A program made the position numbers and the translations under genes. Source: Eledone cirrhosa (lineage: Eukaryota). From it: a stretch of 64,000 nucleotides of DNA. Location of the stretch: contig CAXHJY010001746.1 in assembly GCA_964016885.1 (NCBI GenBank), positions 1,503-65,502 of the forward strand. The letters run 5' to 3'. The notes beneath the pieces were generated by a model. The model made no database searches and was not told the origin of the DNA. It saw only the letters and a list, made by a program, of their open reading frames with translations. Shown piece after piece: positions 1 through 12,194 of the stretch; the first letter of the stretch is position 1; the number at the start of each line of letters is the position of its first letter.

Positions 1-129
1 CCTCACAACACCCTCCCTCTGTCCTCGCAACATCCCCTCCCTCTGTCGTTGCAACATATTAATTTAGGTGACCAGTGCAAAGAGAAGTCCTGGTATTGGC
101 TTTAACAATCATATATTTCCTAATAGACT

Positions 130-345
130 GATTGGCACACTCAGTAGAGCGTCGGACAAAATGTTGTGTGGATTCTAATTCAGCTCTTTGTACCCTCCCG
201 GTTTCAAATCCCGCCGAGATAAACTTTGTCTTTCTTCCTTTCAGCTGTCAATAAAATAAAGTACCAGTGAAATACTGGGGTTCAATTTAATCAATTTCCA
301 ACCCACCTCTAAATTGCTGGCCTTGTTCCATCGTTAGAAAGAATT
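130..345 (+). mobile_element. tRNA-derived SINE (abundant family in this window)
   Basis: A-box-like tggcacactcagtag, B-box-like gtttcaaatccc, core ctttcttcctttc...ataaagtaccagt. Other copies at about 7728-7910(-), 20870-21022(-), 29270-29370(-), 33405-33510(+), 34670-34800(+), 47400-47555(-) and 61240-61400. Confidence 0.75.
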
Positions 346-464
346 TATTTGCTGGGGTCAAAATACTTCAGTTCCTGGGAGAAAATAAAAGTTTGTGTCA
401 CAACGGTGTTGTCTCCCTTGGCACACGTCTCCGTCTGTCTGTCTTAATATCTATGCAGTCTATG

Positions 465-560
<96 letters not shown>

Positions 561-561
561 T

Positions 562-903
562 ATAATATAAGATCAAAAGATGGTTAAAGGAGTTCCATGT
601 ATTTTATTATGCGCATTTCAAAAACAAACATCATCATGCAATAATATTTGTGTTTTCATCAGATAAAACAGGAGAACATGATATGAAGGCTAAAAAACAC
701 TTGTGGATAGTGCAGTTTTAAATCAACATATTGATATGTTGATTTAAAACTGCACTATCCACAAGTGTTTTTTAGCCTTCATATCATGTTCTCCTGTTTT
801 ATCTGATGAAAACACAAATATTATTGCATGATGATGTTTGTTTTTGAAATGCGCATAATAAAATACATGGAACTCCTTTAACCATCTTTTGATCTTATAT
901 TAT
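562..903. repeat. Near-perfect DNA palindrome, 170-bp arms, 2-nt spacer
   Basis: 562-731 is the reverse complement of 734-903; starts at a (TA)n tract; contains hammerhead motifs. Confidence 0.95.
797..863 (+). ncRNA. Type I hammerhead ribozyme (Penelope pLTR-type); mirror copy on - strand at 602-668
   Basis: Stem I TTTTAT/ATAAAA, CTGATGA at 803-809, stem II hairpin, GAAA at 846-849, palindromic stem III ATGCGCAT, cleavage triplet AUA. Confidence 0.75.
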
Positions 904-1180
904 GTATACTCCAGTCCTACAAACTGTAGAGTGCTTCTTATCCGATATCTGCATTGCTTTATTGTACTACAATAAAACTCACCTCCTACATTATATATAT
1001 ATATATATATATATATATAGATATATATAAATATATATATATATATAGATATATATCTATATATATCTATATATATCTATATATATCTATATCTATATAT
1101 ATATATATCTATATATATATATATATATATATATATCTATATATATATATATATATATCTATCTATATATATATATAGAT

Positions 1181-1596
1181 ATAAAATATTAAAAAAATAA
1201 TGAATAAAACAATGAAACAGTTCCTTATATTAAACAAAAAAAGTTCATTATTTAACGATCGTTTCTAGGATATATATGTGTTAGAATTGGCATGTATATT
1301 CAACAGATCTATGTACAAAATTATACAAAATTATACAAACTATCAAAATTAAATATACATACCAACACACATATATGCCGTCTTCAGAAATAATTATTTC
1401 TGAAGACGGCATATATGTGTGTTGGTATGTATATTTAATTTTGATAGTTTGTATAATTTTGTACATAGATCTGTGGAATATACATGCCAATTCTAACACA
1501 TATATATCCTAGAAACGATCGTTAAATAATGAACTTTTTTTGTTTAATATAAGGAACTGTTTCATTGTTTTATTCATTATTTTTTTAATATTTTAT
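1181..1596. repeat. DNA palindrome, ~205-bp arms, no spacer
   Basis: Centre ...cagaaataa|ttatttctg... at 1393/1394; the left arm carries a 10-nt duplication and at least one mismatch. Confidence 0.95.
1393..1530 (+). ncRNA. Type I hammerhead ribozyme with long stem II; mirror copy on - strand
   Basis: Stem I ATTATTT/AAATAAT, CTGAAGA at 1400-1406, ~105-nt stem II region, GAAA at 1512-1515, palindromic stem III ACGATCGT, triplet GUU. Confidence 0.75.
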
Positions 1597-1949
1597 CTTG
1601 ACTCTGTATTCCGTTTATCTTTCACCGAAAGTGATTTTTCATTGCATCTCTTCTTTCCATGATATCCGGATTACATTGAGTTCTTCATACGGATTGGACA
1701 CTACCGTAAACTCTTGGTAGATTTATCTACATATATAGATATATATATATATCTATATATATCTATATATATATATATATATATATATATAGATATATAG
1801 ATATATAGATAGATATATATATATATAGATATATATATATATAGATATATAGATAGATATATATATATAGATATATATATATATATAGATATATATATAG
1901 ATAGATAGATATAGATATATAGATAGATAGATATAGATATATAGATAGA

Positions 1950-1991
<42 letters not shown>

Positions 1992-2071
1992 CAGGGAATG
2001 TAACTTGGAGTTACTGTAGGTTCACCCGGGTGAGCACACGATTGGTTACTCCTTCATTACGTTTATTGGTT

Positions 2072-2156
2072 GGTGACGCGCGTTTCGCGACTGATCAGTT
2101 CAAGGTTCGATCTGTATTGATCTAGCCCGACTCTGTAAACCGCGACTCGTCAGACC
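2072..2156 (-). ncRNA. Type I hammerhead ribozyme
   Basis: On the - strand: GGT-CTGACGA-stem II-GAAA, palindromic ACGCGCGT, triplet GUC, then ACC (3-bp stem I). Confidence 0.6.
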
Positions 2157-2439
2157 CCTTACAGTGGCAATGGAAAAATATCATCATCATCATCATTTTA
2201 CGTCCGCTTTTCCCTGCTTGCAAGGGTGGGACGGGAACTGATTCTGGCTTGATTTCTACAGCTGGATGCCCTTCCTAACACCAACCTCATTTACAGTGAG
2301 TGCTGGGGTTTTTTTTTGCCGTGGCACCTCCACAACCACTTTGCAGTGGAATGATAGGGACCCCAATCCTATCATCTCATTTCTACAGTTGAGTAAACTG
2401 CAGCAATGTGATATACAATTATTAATAATTATCAATTAA

Positions 2440-2720
2440 TTCTATTGTGCAATGCCTGTGGGTGAAGATATTTTTTAAAGTGAGGAAAGACTGTGCACTG
2501 AGCCAATCCCACTCTCTGAGCAACAGTAGCTATAACCCGAAAAGAAGAAAAGATCAACATCATCGGTAACTACTGAGCCGCAGGTTTTATATCGGAGTTA
2601 TCCCAGTTTCCTGAGTTGCCTTCTAGAAGAATGCCCTGACAAAGGCTAGGGGTCCTTCACTCCCAGTGGTTTAACTGTGCAATTGTGTATTGAGCCCGAT
2701 TATTTCTATGTCCCCGCGTA
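2440..2720. mobile_element. Interspersed repeat fragment, probably a LINE 5' region
   Basis: Near-identical direct copy at 5660-5940 and a diverged inverted copy at about 45670-45960 (gcaatgcctgtg versus cacaggcattgc). Confidence 0.65.
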
Positions 2721-2751
2721 TGTACATAAAGATATTTTCCATTTATTGATA

Positions 2752-2798
<47 letters not shown>

Positions 2799-3365
2799 AT
2801 ATATGTATATGTATATATGTATATATGTATATATGTGTATATGTGTATATATGTATATATATATATGGGTATATATGTATATATATATATGGGTATATAT
2901 GTATATATATATATGGGTATATATGTATATGGGTATATATGTATATATATATATGGGTATATATGTATATATATATGTATATATATATAATATGTGCATA
3001 TATGTATATATATATGTGTATAATGTATATATATATATATATATGTGTATATATGTATATATATATATGTGTATATATGTATATATATATATGTGTATAT
3101 ATGTATATATATATATATATATATGTGTATATATGTATATATATATATATATATGTGTATATATGTATATATATATATATATATGTGTATATATGTATAT
3201 ATATATATGTGTATATATGTATATATATATATATGTGTATATATGTATATATATATATATGTGTATATATGTATATATATATATGTGTATATATGTATAT
3301 ATATATATGTGTATATATGTATATATATATATATATGTGTATATATGTATATATGTGTATATATG

Positions 3366-3396
<31 letters not shown>

Positions 3397-3483
3397 ATAT
3401 ATGTATATATATATATATGTGTATATATGTATATATGTATATATATGTGTATATATGTATATATATATATATGTGTATATATG

Positions 3484-3515
<32 letters not shown>

Positions 3516-3608
3516 CAAACCTTGATTACCTGTACAAGCAATATTTACATGAATTTTTGGGGGACACCCTGTGTGTGTGTATATATATGTATATATATTG
3601 GTGTGTTC

Positions 3609-3691
<83 letters not shown>

Positions 3692-3805
3692 AGATTCAAT
3701 CGGAGGTAACCACAGTAAGTAAGGTACTCAATACATAGCAGAGTATAAATATTTAATATAGAAATGGCTTCTACAGGACTAGAACTGTTTCATTCGGAGG
3801 AAATC

Positions 3806-3878
<73 letters not shown>

Positions 3879-3967
3879 AAGAGAGAGAGAGAGGGTGGTA
3901 GATTGTTTACTGTGGGAGGGGAAGGAAGTAAAATTGTTTACTGAGAGAGTGCGGGGAAGGGGATGTA

Positions 3968-5365
3968 GGTTGTTTAGTGTGGAGGGGGGAAGTAGGTAGT
4001 AGGAGGCTGTTTAGTGTGGAGGGGGGGGAAGTAGGTAGTAGGAGGCTGTTTAGTGTGGAGGGGGGAAGTAGGTAGTAGGAGGCTGTTTAGTGTGGAGGGG
4101 GGAAGTAGGTAGTAGGAGGCTGTTTAGTTTGGAGGGGGGAAGTAGGTAGTAGGAGGCTGTTTAGTGTGGAGGGGTAGGAGGTAGTAGGAGGCTGTTTAGT
4201 GTGGAGGGGGGAAGTAGGTAGTAGGAGGCTGTTTAGTGTGGAGGGGGGAAGTAGGTAGTAGGAGGCTGTTTAGTGTGGAGGGGTAGGAGGTAGTAGGAGG
4301 CTGTTTAGTGTGGAGGGGGGAAGTAGGTAGTAGGAGGCTGTTTAGTGTGGAGGGGGGAAGTAGGTAGTAGGAGGCTGTTTAGTGTGGAGGGGGGAAGTAG
4401 GTAGTAGGAGGCTGTTTAGTGTGGAGGGGGGAAGTAGGTAGTAGGAGGCTGTTTAGTGTGGAGGGGGGAAGTAGGTAGTAGGAGGCTGTTTAGTGTGGAG
4501 GGGGGAAGTAGGTAGTAGGAGGCTGTTTAGTGTGGAGGGGGGAAGTAGGTAGTAGGAGGCTGTTTAGTGTGGAGGGGGGAAGTAGGTAGTAGGAGGCTGT
4601 TTAGTGTGGAGGGGGGAAGTAGGTAGTAGGAGGCTGTTTAGTGTGGAGGGGGGAAGTAGGTAGTAGGAGGCTGTTTAGTGTGGAGGGGGGAAGTAGGTAG
4701 TAGGAGGCTGTTTAGTGTGGAGGGGGGAAGTAGGTAGTAGGAGGCTGTTTAGTGTGGAGGGGGGAAGTAGGTAGTAGGAGGCTGTTTAGTGTGGAGGGGG
4801 GAAGTAGGTAGTAGGAGGCTGTTTAGTGTGGAGGGGGGAAGTAGGTAGTAGGAGGCTGTTTAGTGTGGAGGGGGGAAGTAGGTAGTAGGAGGCTGTTTAG
4901 TGTGGAGGGGGGAAGTAGGTAGTAGGAGGCTGTTTAGTGTGGAGGGGGGAAGTAGGTAGTAGGAGGCTGTTTAGTGTGGAGGGGGGAAGTAGGTAGTAGG
5001 AGGCTGTTTAGTGTGGAGGGGGGAAGTAGGTAGTAGGAGGCTGTTTAGTGTGGAGGGGGGAAGTAGGTAGTAGGAGGCTGTTTAGTGTGGAGGGGGGGAG
5101 TAGGTAGTAGGAGGCTGTTTAGTGTGGAGGGGGGAAGTAGGTAGTAGGAGGCTGTTTAGTGTGGAGGGGGGAAGTAGGTAGTAGGAGGCTGTTTAGTGTG
5201 GAGGGGGGAAGTAGGTAGTAGGAGGCTGTTTAGTGTGGAGGGGGGAAGTAGGTAGTAGGAGGCTGTTTAGTGTGGAGGGGGGAAGTAGGTAGTAGGAGGC
5301 TGTTTAGTGTGGAGGGGGGAAGTAGGTAGTAGGAGGCTGTTTAGTGTGGAGGGGTAGGAGGTAGT
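3968..5365. repeat. 37-bp G-rich minisatellite (~37 copies)
   Basis: Unit TGTTTAGTGTGGAGGGGGGAAGTAGGTAGTAGGAGGC; 370-bp spacing over 10 units. Confidence 0.97.
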
Positions 5366-5559
5366 TTTTACTGTTGAGTTAAAAACATTTGTGACCTTGC
5401 TACCAATCAATTGTGTCAGATGTTGTTTATTCTCACTACCATTGATCTTTCACCCCTCCCTCCTCCCTCTATCTCTATATCTTTCTCTATATCTCTCTAT
5501 CTTTCTCCTTACCTCTCTCTCGTTCTCTCTCTCTCTCTCTCTCTCTCGTTCTCTCTCTT

Positions 5560-5592
<33 letters not shown>

Positions 5593-6109
5593 ATATATAT
5601 ATGATGGCTGCCCCCTCGTTATCGAGTATGGCCATTGCACAACATACCATTATTAATTAATTCTATCGTGCAATGCCTGTGGGTGAAGATATATTTTAAA
5701 GTGAGGAAAGACTGTGCACTGAGCCAATCCCACTCTCTGAGCAACAGTAGCTATAACCCAAAAAGAAGAAAAGATCAACATCATCGGTAACTACTGAGCC
5801 GCAGGTTTTATATCGGAGTTATCCCAGTTTCCTGAGTTGTCTTCTCCTAGAAGAATGCCCTGACAAAGGCTAGGGGTCCTTCACTCCCAGTGGTTTAACC
5901 GCGCGATCGGGTGTCCAGCCCGACTATTTCTATGTCCCCACACATATACATACACATGCACACACATATATACATACATATGTACATATTTACACACTTT
6001 TGGATGGCCGTTGACTCTTATGAATTCTTCTGCCCTTTGTCGGGTCACTCTTGAGTGCTACTGGTAACCTGTAACCCAGTACAACCTGTCCCATGGTCGG
6101 GTCGCCGGC

Positions 6110-6158
6110 GCTTCCTGATGATTTCTCACGAATGAAACAGTTCTAGTCCTGTAGAAGC
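6110..6158 (+). ncRNA. Type I hammerhead ribozyme
   Basis: GCTTC-CTGATGA-tTTC tcac GAAt-GAAA-CAG ttctagtc CTG-TA-GAAGC: 5-bp stem I, 4-bp stem III, triplet GUA; followed by (TA)n. Truncated relatives on the - strand at about 3768-3808 and 23937-23958. Confidence 0.75.
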
Positions 6159-6234
6159 TCTTCTATATATATATATATAGATAGATAGATGTATAGATGT
6201 GTGTGTGTGTGTATACCTTTCTCCCCCCCCCCCC

Positions 6235-6349
<115 letters not shown>

Positions 6350-6459
6350 TTATATGGAGAAGAAGTTTATGAAATGGAAATGCAGGTATACAGAATTTAT
6401 TAGGTAACAATTGTTTCTATAGTGTATGGGTTACTAATTCTATATATTTATATATATTT

Positions 6460-7490
6460 ACATGTGGCTGGTGCTCTGGTGCAATAAGTAGCAGCAAGTG
6501 CCCACAGAATACTAGCTCATTCCATTGCCCAGATGGTTCTATAGAAATAGTGGACACCTTCCGTTACCTGGGTGACAAAATCAGCAGTGGTGGAGGGTCC
6601 TCCGAAAGTACAGTAGCTAGTGTCCAAACAGGATGGAAAAAGTTCAGAGAGCTTATACCACTATTGGCCGCTAAAGGTTTCTCTTTAAAAGTAAAAGGCA
6701 GGCTGTATGATGCCTGCATACGAACAGCAATGTTACATGGCAGTGAGACCTGGGCATTGTGTGCAGAGGATATACGCAGATTGGAGAGGAACGAAGCTTG
6801 CATGCTCCGTTGGATGTGTAATAGTAATATACGCGAACGGCAAAGCATAAATGAACTAAGTGAGAAATTAGGAATAAGAGGGATCAGATGTTGTTTACTC
6901 GAGAGAAGACTACGTTGGTATGGTCACGTGATGCTCATGAAAGATGACAGCTGTATAAAAAAGTGCAGGGCGATCAAAACCTGGGATTACTTGATAAAAT
7001 CCGACCTCACACACTTAACTTACACCTCTCCAAGACAATGTCACTGGTCCGAGATCTTTGGTGCTACGTAGTAATACAGAAAACCCGCCTTGCCTAAGTA
7101 CAAAGCGAAACCTACAGTCAGTAGGCACCTCTTAACCAAAATACACCCCCGTCCTACTACCCCTACCCCCACCCCCACCACCATGTACACCACCCTTTTC
7201 GATGTAAAGCTGTGTTGGTACCACAACATCCAGTCCTAAATAAATGAGGTCGTGTAGGTGTCACGACAAAAAAACACACAGTCCACGCTGTAATCTGGCC
7301 ATGTAGGTAACACGGTAAAAACTTCCCAGTCCACACTGTAAACGTGGTTGGTGTTAGGAAGGACATCCAGCCGTAGAAAACCCGCCAGACAGTCCTGAGC
7401 AAGACAACCAATCTTACCTCAAGTGGGACAATTCCCGTCCAGACCCATGCTAGCGTGGAAGATGGATATTAAACAATGATGATGATGATA
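6460..7490 (+). mobile_element. 5'-truncated RTE-clade LINE (RT C-terminus, 3' UTR, (ATG)n tail)
   Basis: Encodes FRYLG...KGRLYDACIRTAMLHGSETW...RRLRWYGHV and, frameshifted, KTW...DL...DLW...KTR; ends aaacaatgatgatgatga. Related 3' ends at 2180-2330(-), 8760-8932(+), 9400-9875(+) and 51588-51960(-). Confidence 0.88.
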
Positions 7491-7626
7491 TATATATATA
7501 TCTTTGTCTATCTCTCCCTCTCTCTCTCTATCTCTCTCTCCCTCTCTCTCTCTATATATATATATGTGTATACTTTTCTCTATCTCTCACTCTATCTCTC
7601 TCTCCCTCTATCCCTCTCTCCCTCTA

Positions 7627-7662
<36 letters not shown>

Positions 7663-8931
7663 CCTCCTCTCTCTCACTCACTCTCTCTATCTATCTATCT
7701 ATCTATTTAACTTTGAAATATATATAATTGTTTCTACTTTTGGCACAAGGCCAGCAATTATCCCAGTGTATTACTGGTACTTTATTTTATTGACCCTGTA
7801 AGGATGAAAGGCAAAGTTAACCTCGGCGGGATTTGAACTCAGATCATAAAGGGAGGTAACTCTATGCTTCAAAGCATGGCGTCCAACCCTCTACCGATAC
7901 TGCCAATCCCCCTTGCTTCTGCTGGACATCACCAGAGGGCGTTAGTCCCCCGGTGTTTGCATAGCTACGGCTTCCTAAAACTGTATTTCTTTGGAGATAC
8001 AAAATATTTATACATATTGTATAAAGCTATGCTTGAAGCGAAATCCTATTTCTTTTTTATAATAAAGTATATATTTTGATTATGAGAATATTTTTCATTT
8101 GTTAATATTTTGAAAAATATCTATCTATCTATCTATCTCTATATATCTATCTCTATATATATATCTATATTTAGAGATATATATGGTGTGTGTTTGTGTG
8201 TAGTGGTATATATATATATCTGTGTGTGGTGTGTGTGTAGGTACACCTATATAGGTGTGAGTGCAAGTGTAGATTGGTATGCGTGTGTAGGTGTAGCTGT
8301 ACATGTATAGCATGTGTCTATATGTATGTATGTATGTAGTTATGACTGTGTGTTTGTACATGCATATTTATGTGTGTATATGTTTGTATGTGTGTTTGTG
8401 TGTTCATGCACGTGTATTTGACTGTGTGTAAGTGCTCATATATTTGTGTATGTATATGCTTGTGTGTATTGAATCTGAGATTTTGATATTATTTATTCTG
8501 AGAACAATACCTTAACATCAGTATGGGTGACCGGTTATAGCCAGTTTGTACAGAAAGAGGTGAGAGAATTCAAGCTGGATATGGCAGGTTAAATGCTAAA
8601 GGGTTAATAATGATAAAACTAGTTATATTAACTAAATGACTCCAAATTCTTGATTATTTTCAAAAGTTATTGAAACAAATAAGCTATGTCTTACGACAAC
8701 AGAAACATTAAGATATAACCAAAGTTTAGTGCTCCTTCCACTGGCTATGTTTCCTCATACCTCCCAGTCCACACTGTAAATGTGGTTGGTGTTAGGAAGG
8801 GCATCCAGCCGTAGAAAATCTGCCAGACCTATACGAGCGAGACACGGTCACCCGACCAATCTTGCCTCAAATGGGACAATTCCCGTCTAACCCATGTTAG
8901 CGTGGAAGATAGACGTTAAACGATGATGATG

Positions 8932-9074
8932 ACTGTATTTCCCGATGTCGAAGACCAAAAAATCTACTAATGTGTCCTGGAGGCCAAAGGTTGTTTATTT
9001 TTTTTCAAATTTTGGTTGTCAAAATTAGGGTGCGTCCTCTTGACGAAGTGTCTTCAGCGGCGGGAAATATGGTA
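8932..9074. mobile_element. pogo/Tigger-like MITE remnant
   Basis: Terminal inverted ends actgtatttcccg...cgggaaatatggta and an internal gggtgcgtc motif. Confidence 0.45.
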
Positions 9075-9172
9075 TATATGTTTTAAGATGAAATAAACTC
9101 TGTGGGGAGTTTAGGACATGTTAGCAGAGATATGGAAGTATTTATAGTTGGTTTCTAATTTATCTTTTGCAG

Positions 9173-9271
9173 TCTTTTAAGCCAAGAACTGTTCCATTGT
9201 GCCTGATCACTGAAATTCGTGAAACGACAGCTCTAGAGATGCCTGACCGAGAAAATACATTTGTTATCAAA
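9173..9271 (+). CDS. SH2B: SH2B-family adaptor, internal exon (PH domain)
   Basis: ttttgcAG|TCT...AAA|GTgagt; 99 nt, phase 0/0; encodes [33 protein letters not shown], matching the SH2B PH-domain motif [16 protein letters not shown]. Confidence 0.93.
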
Positions 9272-9898
9272 GTGAGTAATTTCTCTCTCTCTCTCTTCAT
9301 CTCTGGAAGAAATCTGCCAGGTTTAAAAGAAATCCTCTTTGTCACTAAGAGATACCCTATTGTATGTCACTATTGTGGCCCCACTCTCACATATATATAT
9401 AAACAAAAGCACCCAGTCCACTCTGTAAGGTGATTGTGTTGGTGACATGACAAAAAGCATCCTGCACATACTGTAAAGTGGTCATTTATGTGACACAACA
9501 AAAAGCACCCAGTAAAGTGGTCATGTTGGTGTCACAACAAAAAGCACCCAGTACACACCGTAAAGTGGTCATGTTGGTGTCACAACAAAAAGCACCCAGT
9601 ACACACTGTAAAGTGGTCGTGTTGGTGTCACGACAAAAAGCACCCAGTACTCACGGTAAAGTGGTCATTTGGGTGACACAACAAAAAGTACCCAGTGCAC
9701 ACTGTAAATGAGGTTGGCATTAGGAAGGTCATCCAGCCGTAGAAACGAAGCCAAAATCAGTTCTATGTGAGTGAAATACGGTCCTTTAACCTGGAACTCT
9801 CACAACAGGACACCTCGCCCAACCCGTGCTAGCCTGAAAAATGTCAACATAAAACTAATGATGATGATGATGATGAATATTTTGTGTTTATTTTCCAG

Positions 9899-10020
9899 GG
9901 AGAAGGAACAATGGAATATGTTGTGGAAGCGGCTGATTGGGAAAGTATGGTTTCTTGGCTAAATGCGATCCGAAGCTGCATACAGGTGGATCCTAGTGGA
10001 ATGGATGCTACGCTTGTCAT
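9899..10020 (+). CDS. SH2B: SH2B-family adaptor, exon (end of PH domain)
   Basis: ttttccAG|GGA...AT|GTatgt; encodes GEGTMEYVVEAADWESMVSWLNAIRSCIQVDPSGMDATLV with the PH C-terminal helix Trp. The phase-2 end is required to keep the next exon open. Confidence 0.85.
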
Positions 10021-11250
10021 GTATGTATAGAGACATCACTGTCTGTCTCTGTTGTATATATTTCATGGGTGTATATAGACATCACTGTCTCTTGTATATC
10101 TGTCATGTATGTATAGAGACCTTATTGTCTGTCTCTCTCTGTTGTATATATATATATGTCATGTATGTATAGAGACATCACTGTCTGTCTCTGTTGTATA
10201 TATTTCATGGGTGTATATAGACATCACTGTCTCTTGTATATCTGTCATGTATGTATAGAGACCTTATTGTCTGTCTCTCTCTGTTGTATATATATATATG
10301 TCATGTATGTATAGAGACATCACTGTCTGTCTCTGTTGTATATATTTCATGGGTGTATATAGACATCACTGTCTCTTGTATATATGTCATGTATGTATAG
10401 AGACCTTATTGTCTGTCTCTCTCTGTTGTATATATATATATGTCATGTATGTATAGAGACATCACTGTCTGTCTCTGTTGTATATATTTCATGGGTGTAT
10501 ATAGACATCACTGTCTCTTGTATATATGTCATGTATATGTAGAGACCTTATTGTCTGTCTCTCTCTGTTGTATATATATATATATGTCATGTATGTATAG
10601 AGACATCACCGTCTGTCTCTGTTGTATATATTTCATGGGTGTATATAGACATCACTGTCTCTTGTATATATGTCATGTATATGTAGAGACCTTATTGTCT
10701 GTCTCTCTCTGTTGTATATATATATATATGTCATGTATGTATAGAGACATCACTGTCTGTCTCTGTTGTATATATTTCATGGGTGTATATAGACATCACT
10801 GTCTCTTGTATATATGTCATGTATGTGTAGAGACCTTATTGTCTGTCTCTCTCTGTTGTATATATATATATGTCATGTATGTATATAGACATCACTGTCT
10901 GTCTCTGTTGTATATATTTCATGGGTGTATATAGACATCACTGTCTCTTGTATATATGTCATGTATGTGTAGAGACCTTATTGTCTGTGTTGTTGTATAT
11001 ATGTCATGTATGTATAGAGACCTTATTGTCTGTCTCTCTCTGTTGTATATATGCCATGTATGTATAGAGACCTTACTGTCTCTGTTGTATATATTTCATG
11101 GGTGTATATAGGCATCACTGTCTCTGTTGTATATGTTATGTATGTATAGAGACATCATTGTCTGTGTATCTCTCTCTGTTATGTATATATTCCATGTGTA
11201 TATATAGAAATCTCTCTCTGTTGTATATATATATATATCATGTGTATATA
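10015..11250. repeat. ~142-bp minisatellite (three sub-repeats per unit) starting at an SH2B donor site
   Basis: Repeated tgtcatgtatgtatagagacatcactgtctgtctctgttgtata... Confidence 0.92.
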
Positions 11251-11299
11251 TAGAACCGAGAATGATTTAAAATTAATTGTTCCTTTTTTTTTCTTACAG

Positions 11300-11352
11300 G
11301 AGGCCAAGGCTACCTACAGCTCCCTCTAGTGGCAGTGGGCGCGACAGAAGAG
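11300..11352 (+). CDS. SH2B: SH2B-family adaptor, short linker exon
   Basis: Strong T-rich acceptor tttttcttacAG and donor AG|GTattg; phase 2 to 1; encodes (M)RPRLPTAPSSGSGRDRR. Supported by splice signals and phase, not by homology. Confidence 0.7.
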
Positions 11353-11509
11353 GTATTGTTACTATATTTATCTCCTCTTGTTTGTTAGCGTCCAGGAGGG
11401 GGGGGGGTCGCAAAATAATAAATAAAAAAATCAAGAAATTATATTTAATTTAAAAATAGAAATCGCAGTTGAGAAAGTTATGTCGATTCAAAGATTTAAT
11501 TTCACTTTA

Positions 11510-12190
11510 CTGTGTATATCTAGTTTACAATAGGTACACTGTATTCCTGTGTTTACCTAGTTTACAATAGGTACACTGTATCCCTGTGTATATCTAGTTT
11601 ACAATAGGTACACTGTATCCCTGTGTGTACCTGGTTTATAATAGGTACACTGTATCCCTGTGTGTATCTAGTTTACAATAGGTACACTGTATTCCTGTGT
11701 GCATCTGGTTTACAATAGGTACACTGTACCCTGTGTATATCTGGTTTACAATAGGTACACTGTATCCCTGTGTGTACCTGGTTTACAATAGGTACACTGT
11801 ATCCCTGTGTGTACCTGGTTTACAATAGGTACACTGTATCCCTGTGTGTATCTGGTTTACAATAGGTACACTGTATCCTTGTGTGTACCTGGTTTACAAT
11901 AGGTACACTGTATCCCTGTGTATATCTGGTTTACAATAGGTACACTATATCCCTGTGTATATCTGGTTTACAATAGGTACACTGTATCCCTGTGTGTATC
12001 AGGTTTACAATAGGTACACTATATCCCTGTGTATATCTGGTTTACAATAGGTACACTGTATCCCTGTATATATCTGGTTTACAATAAGTACACTGTATTC
12101 CTGTGTGTACCTAGTTTACAATAGGTACACTATATCCCTGTGTATATCTGGTTTACAATAGGTACACTGAATCCCTGTGTATATCTAGTA
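11510..12190. repeat. 37-bp minisatellite
   Basis: Unit GGTTTACAATAGGTACACTGTATCCCTGTGTGTATCT, about 18 copies. Confidence 0.95.
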
Positions 12191-12194
12191 TAGT

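Noticed and set aside
9985-9991. Alternative donor CAG|GTGGAT for the second SH2B exon
   Set aside because: A phase-0 join to 11300 hits TAG within ten codons, whereas the 10020 donor keeps the frame open.
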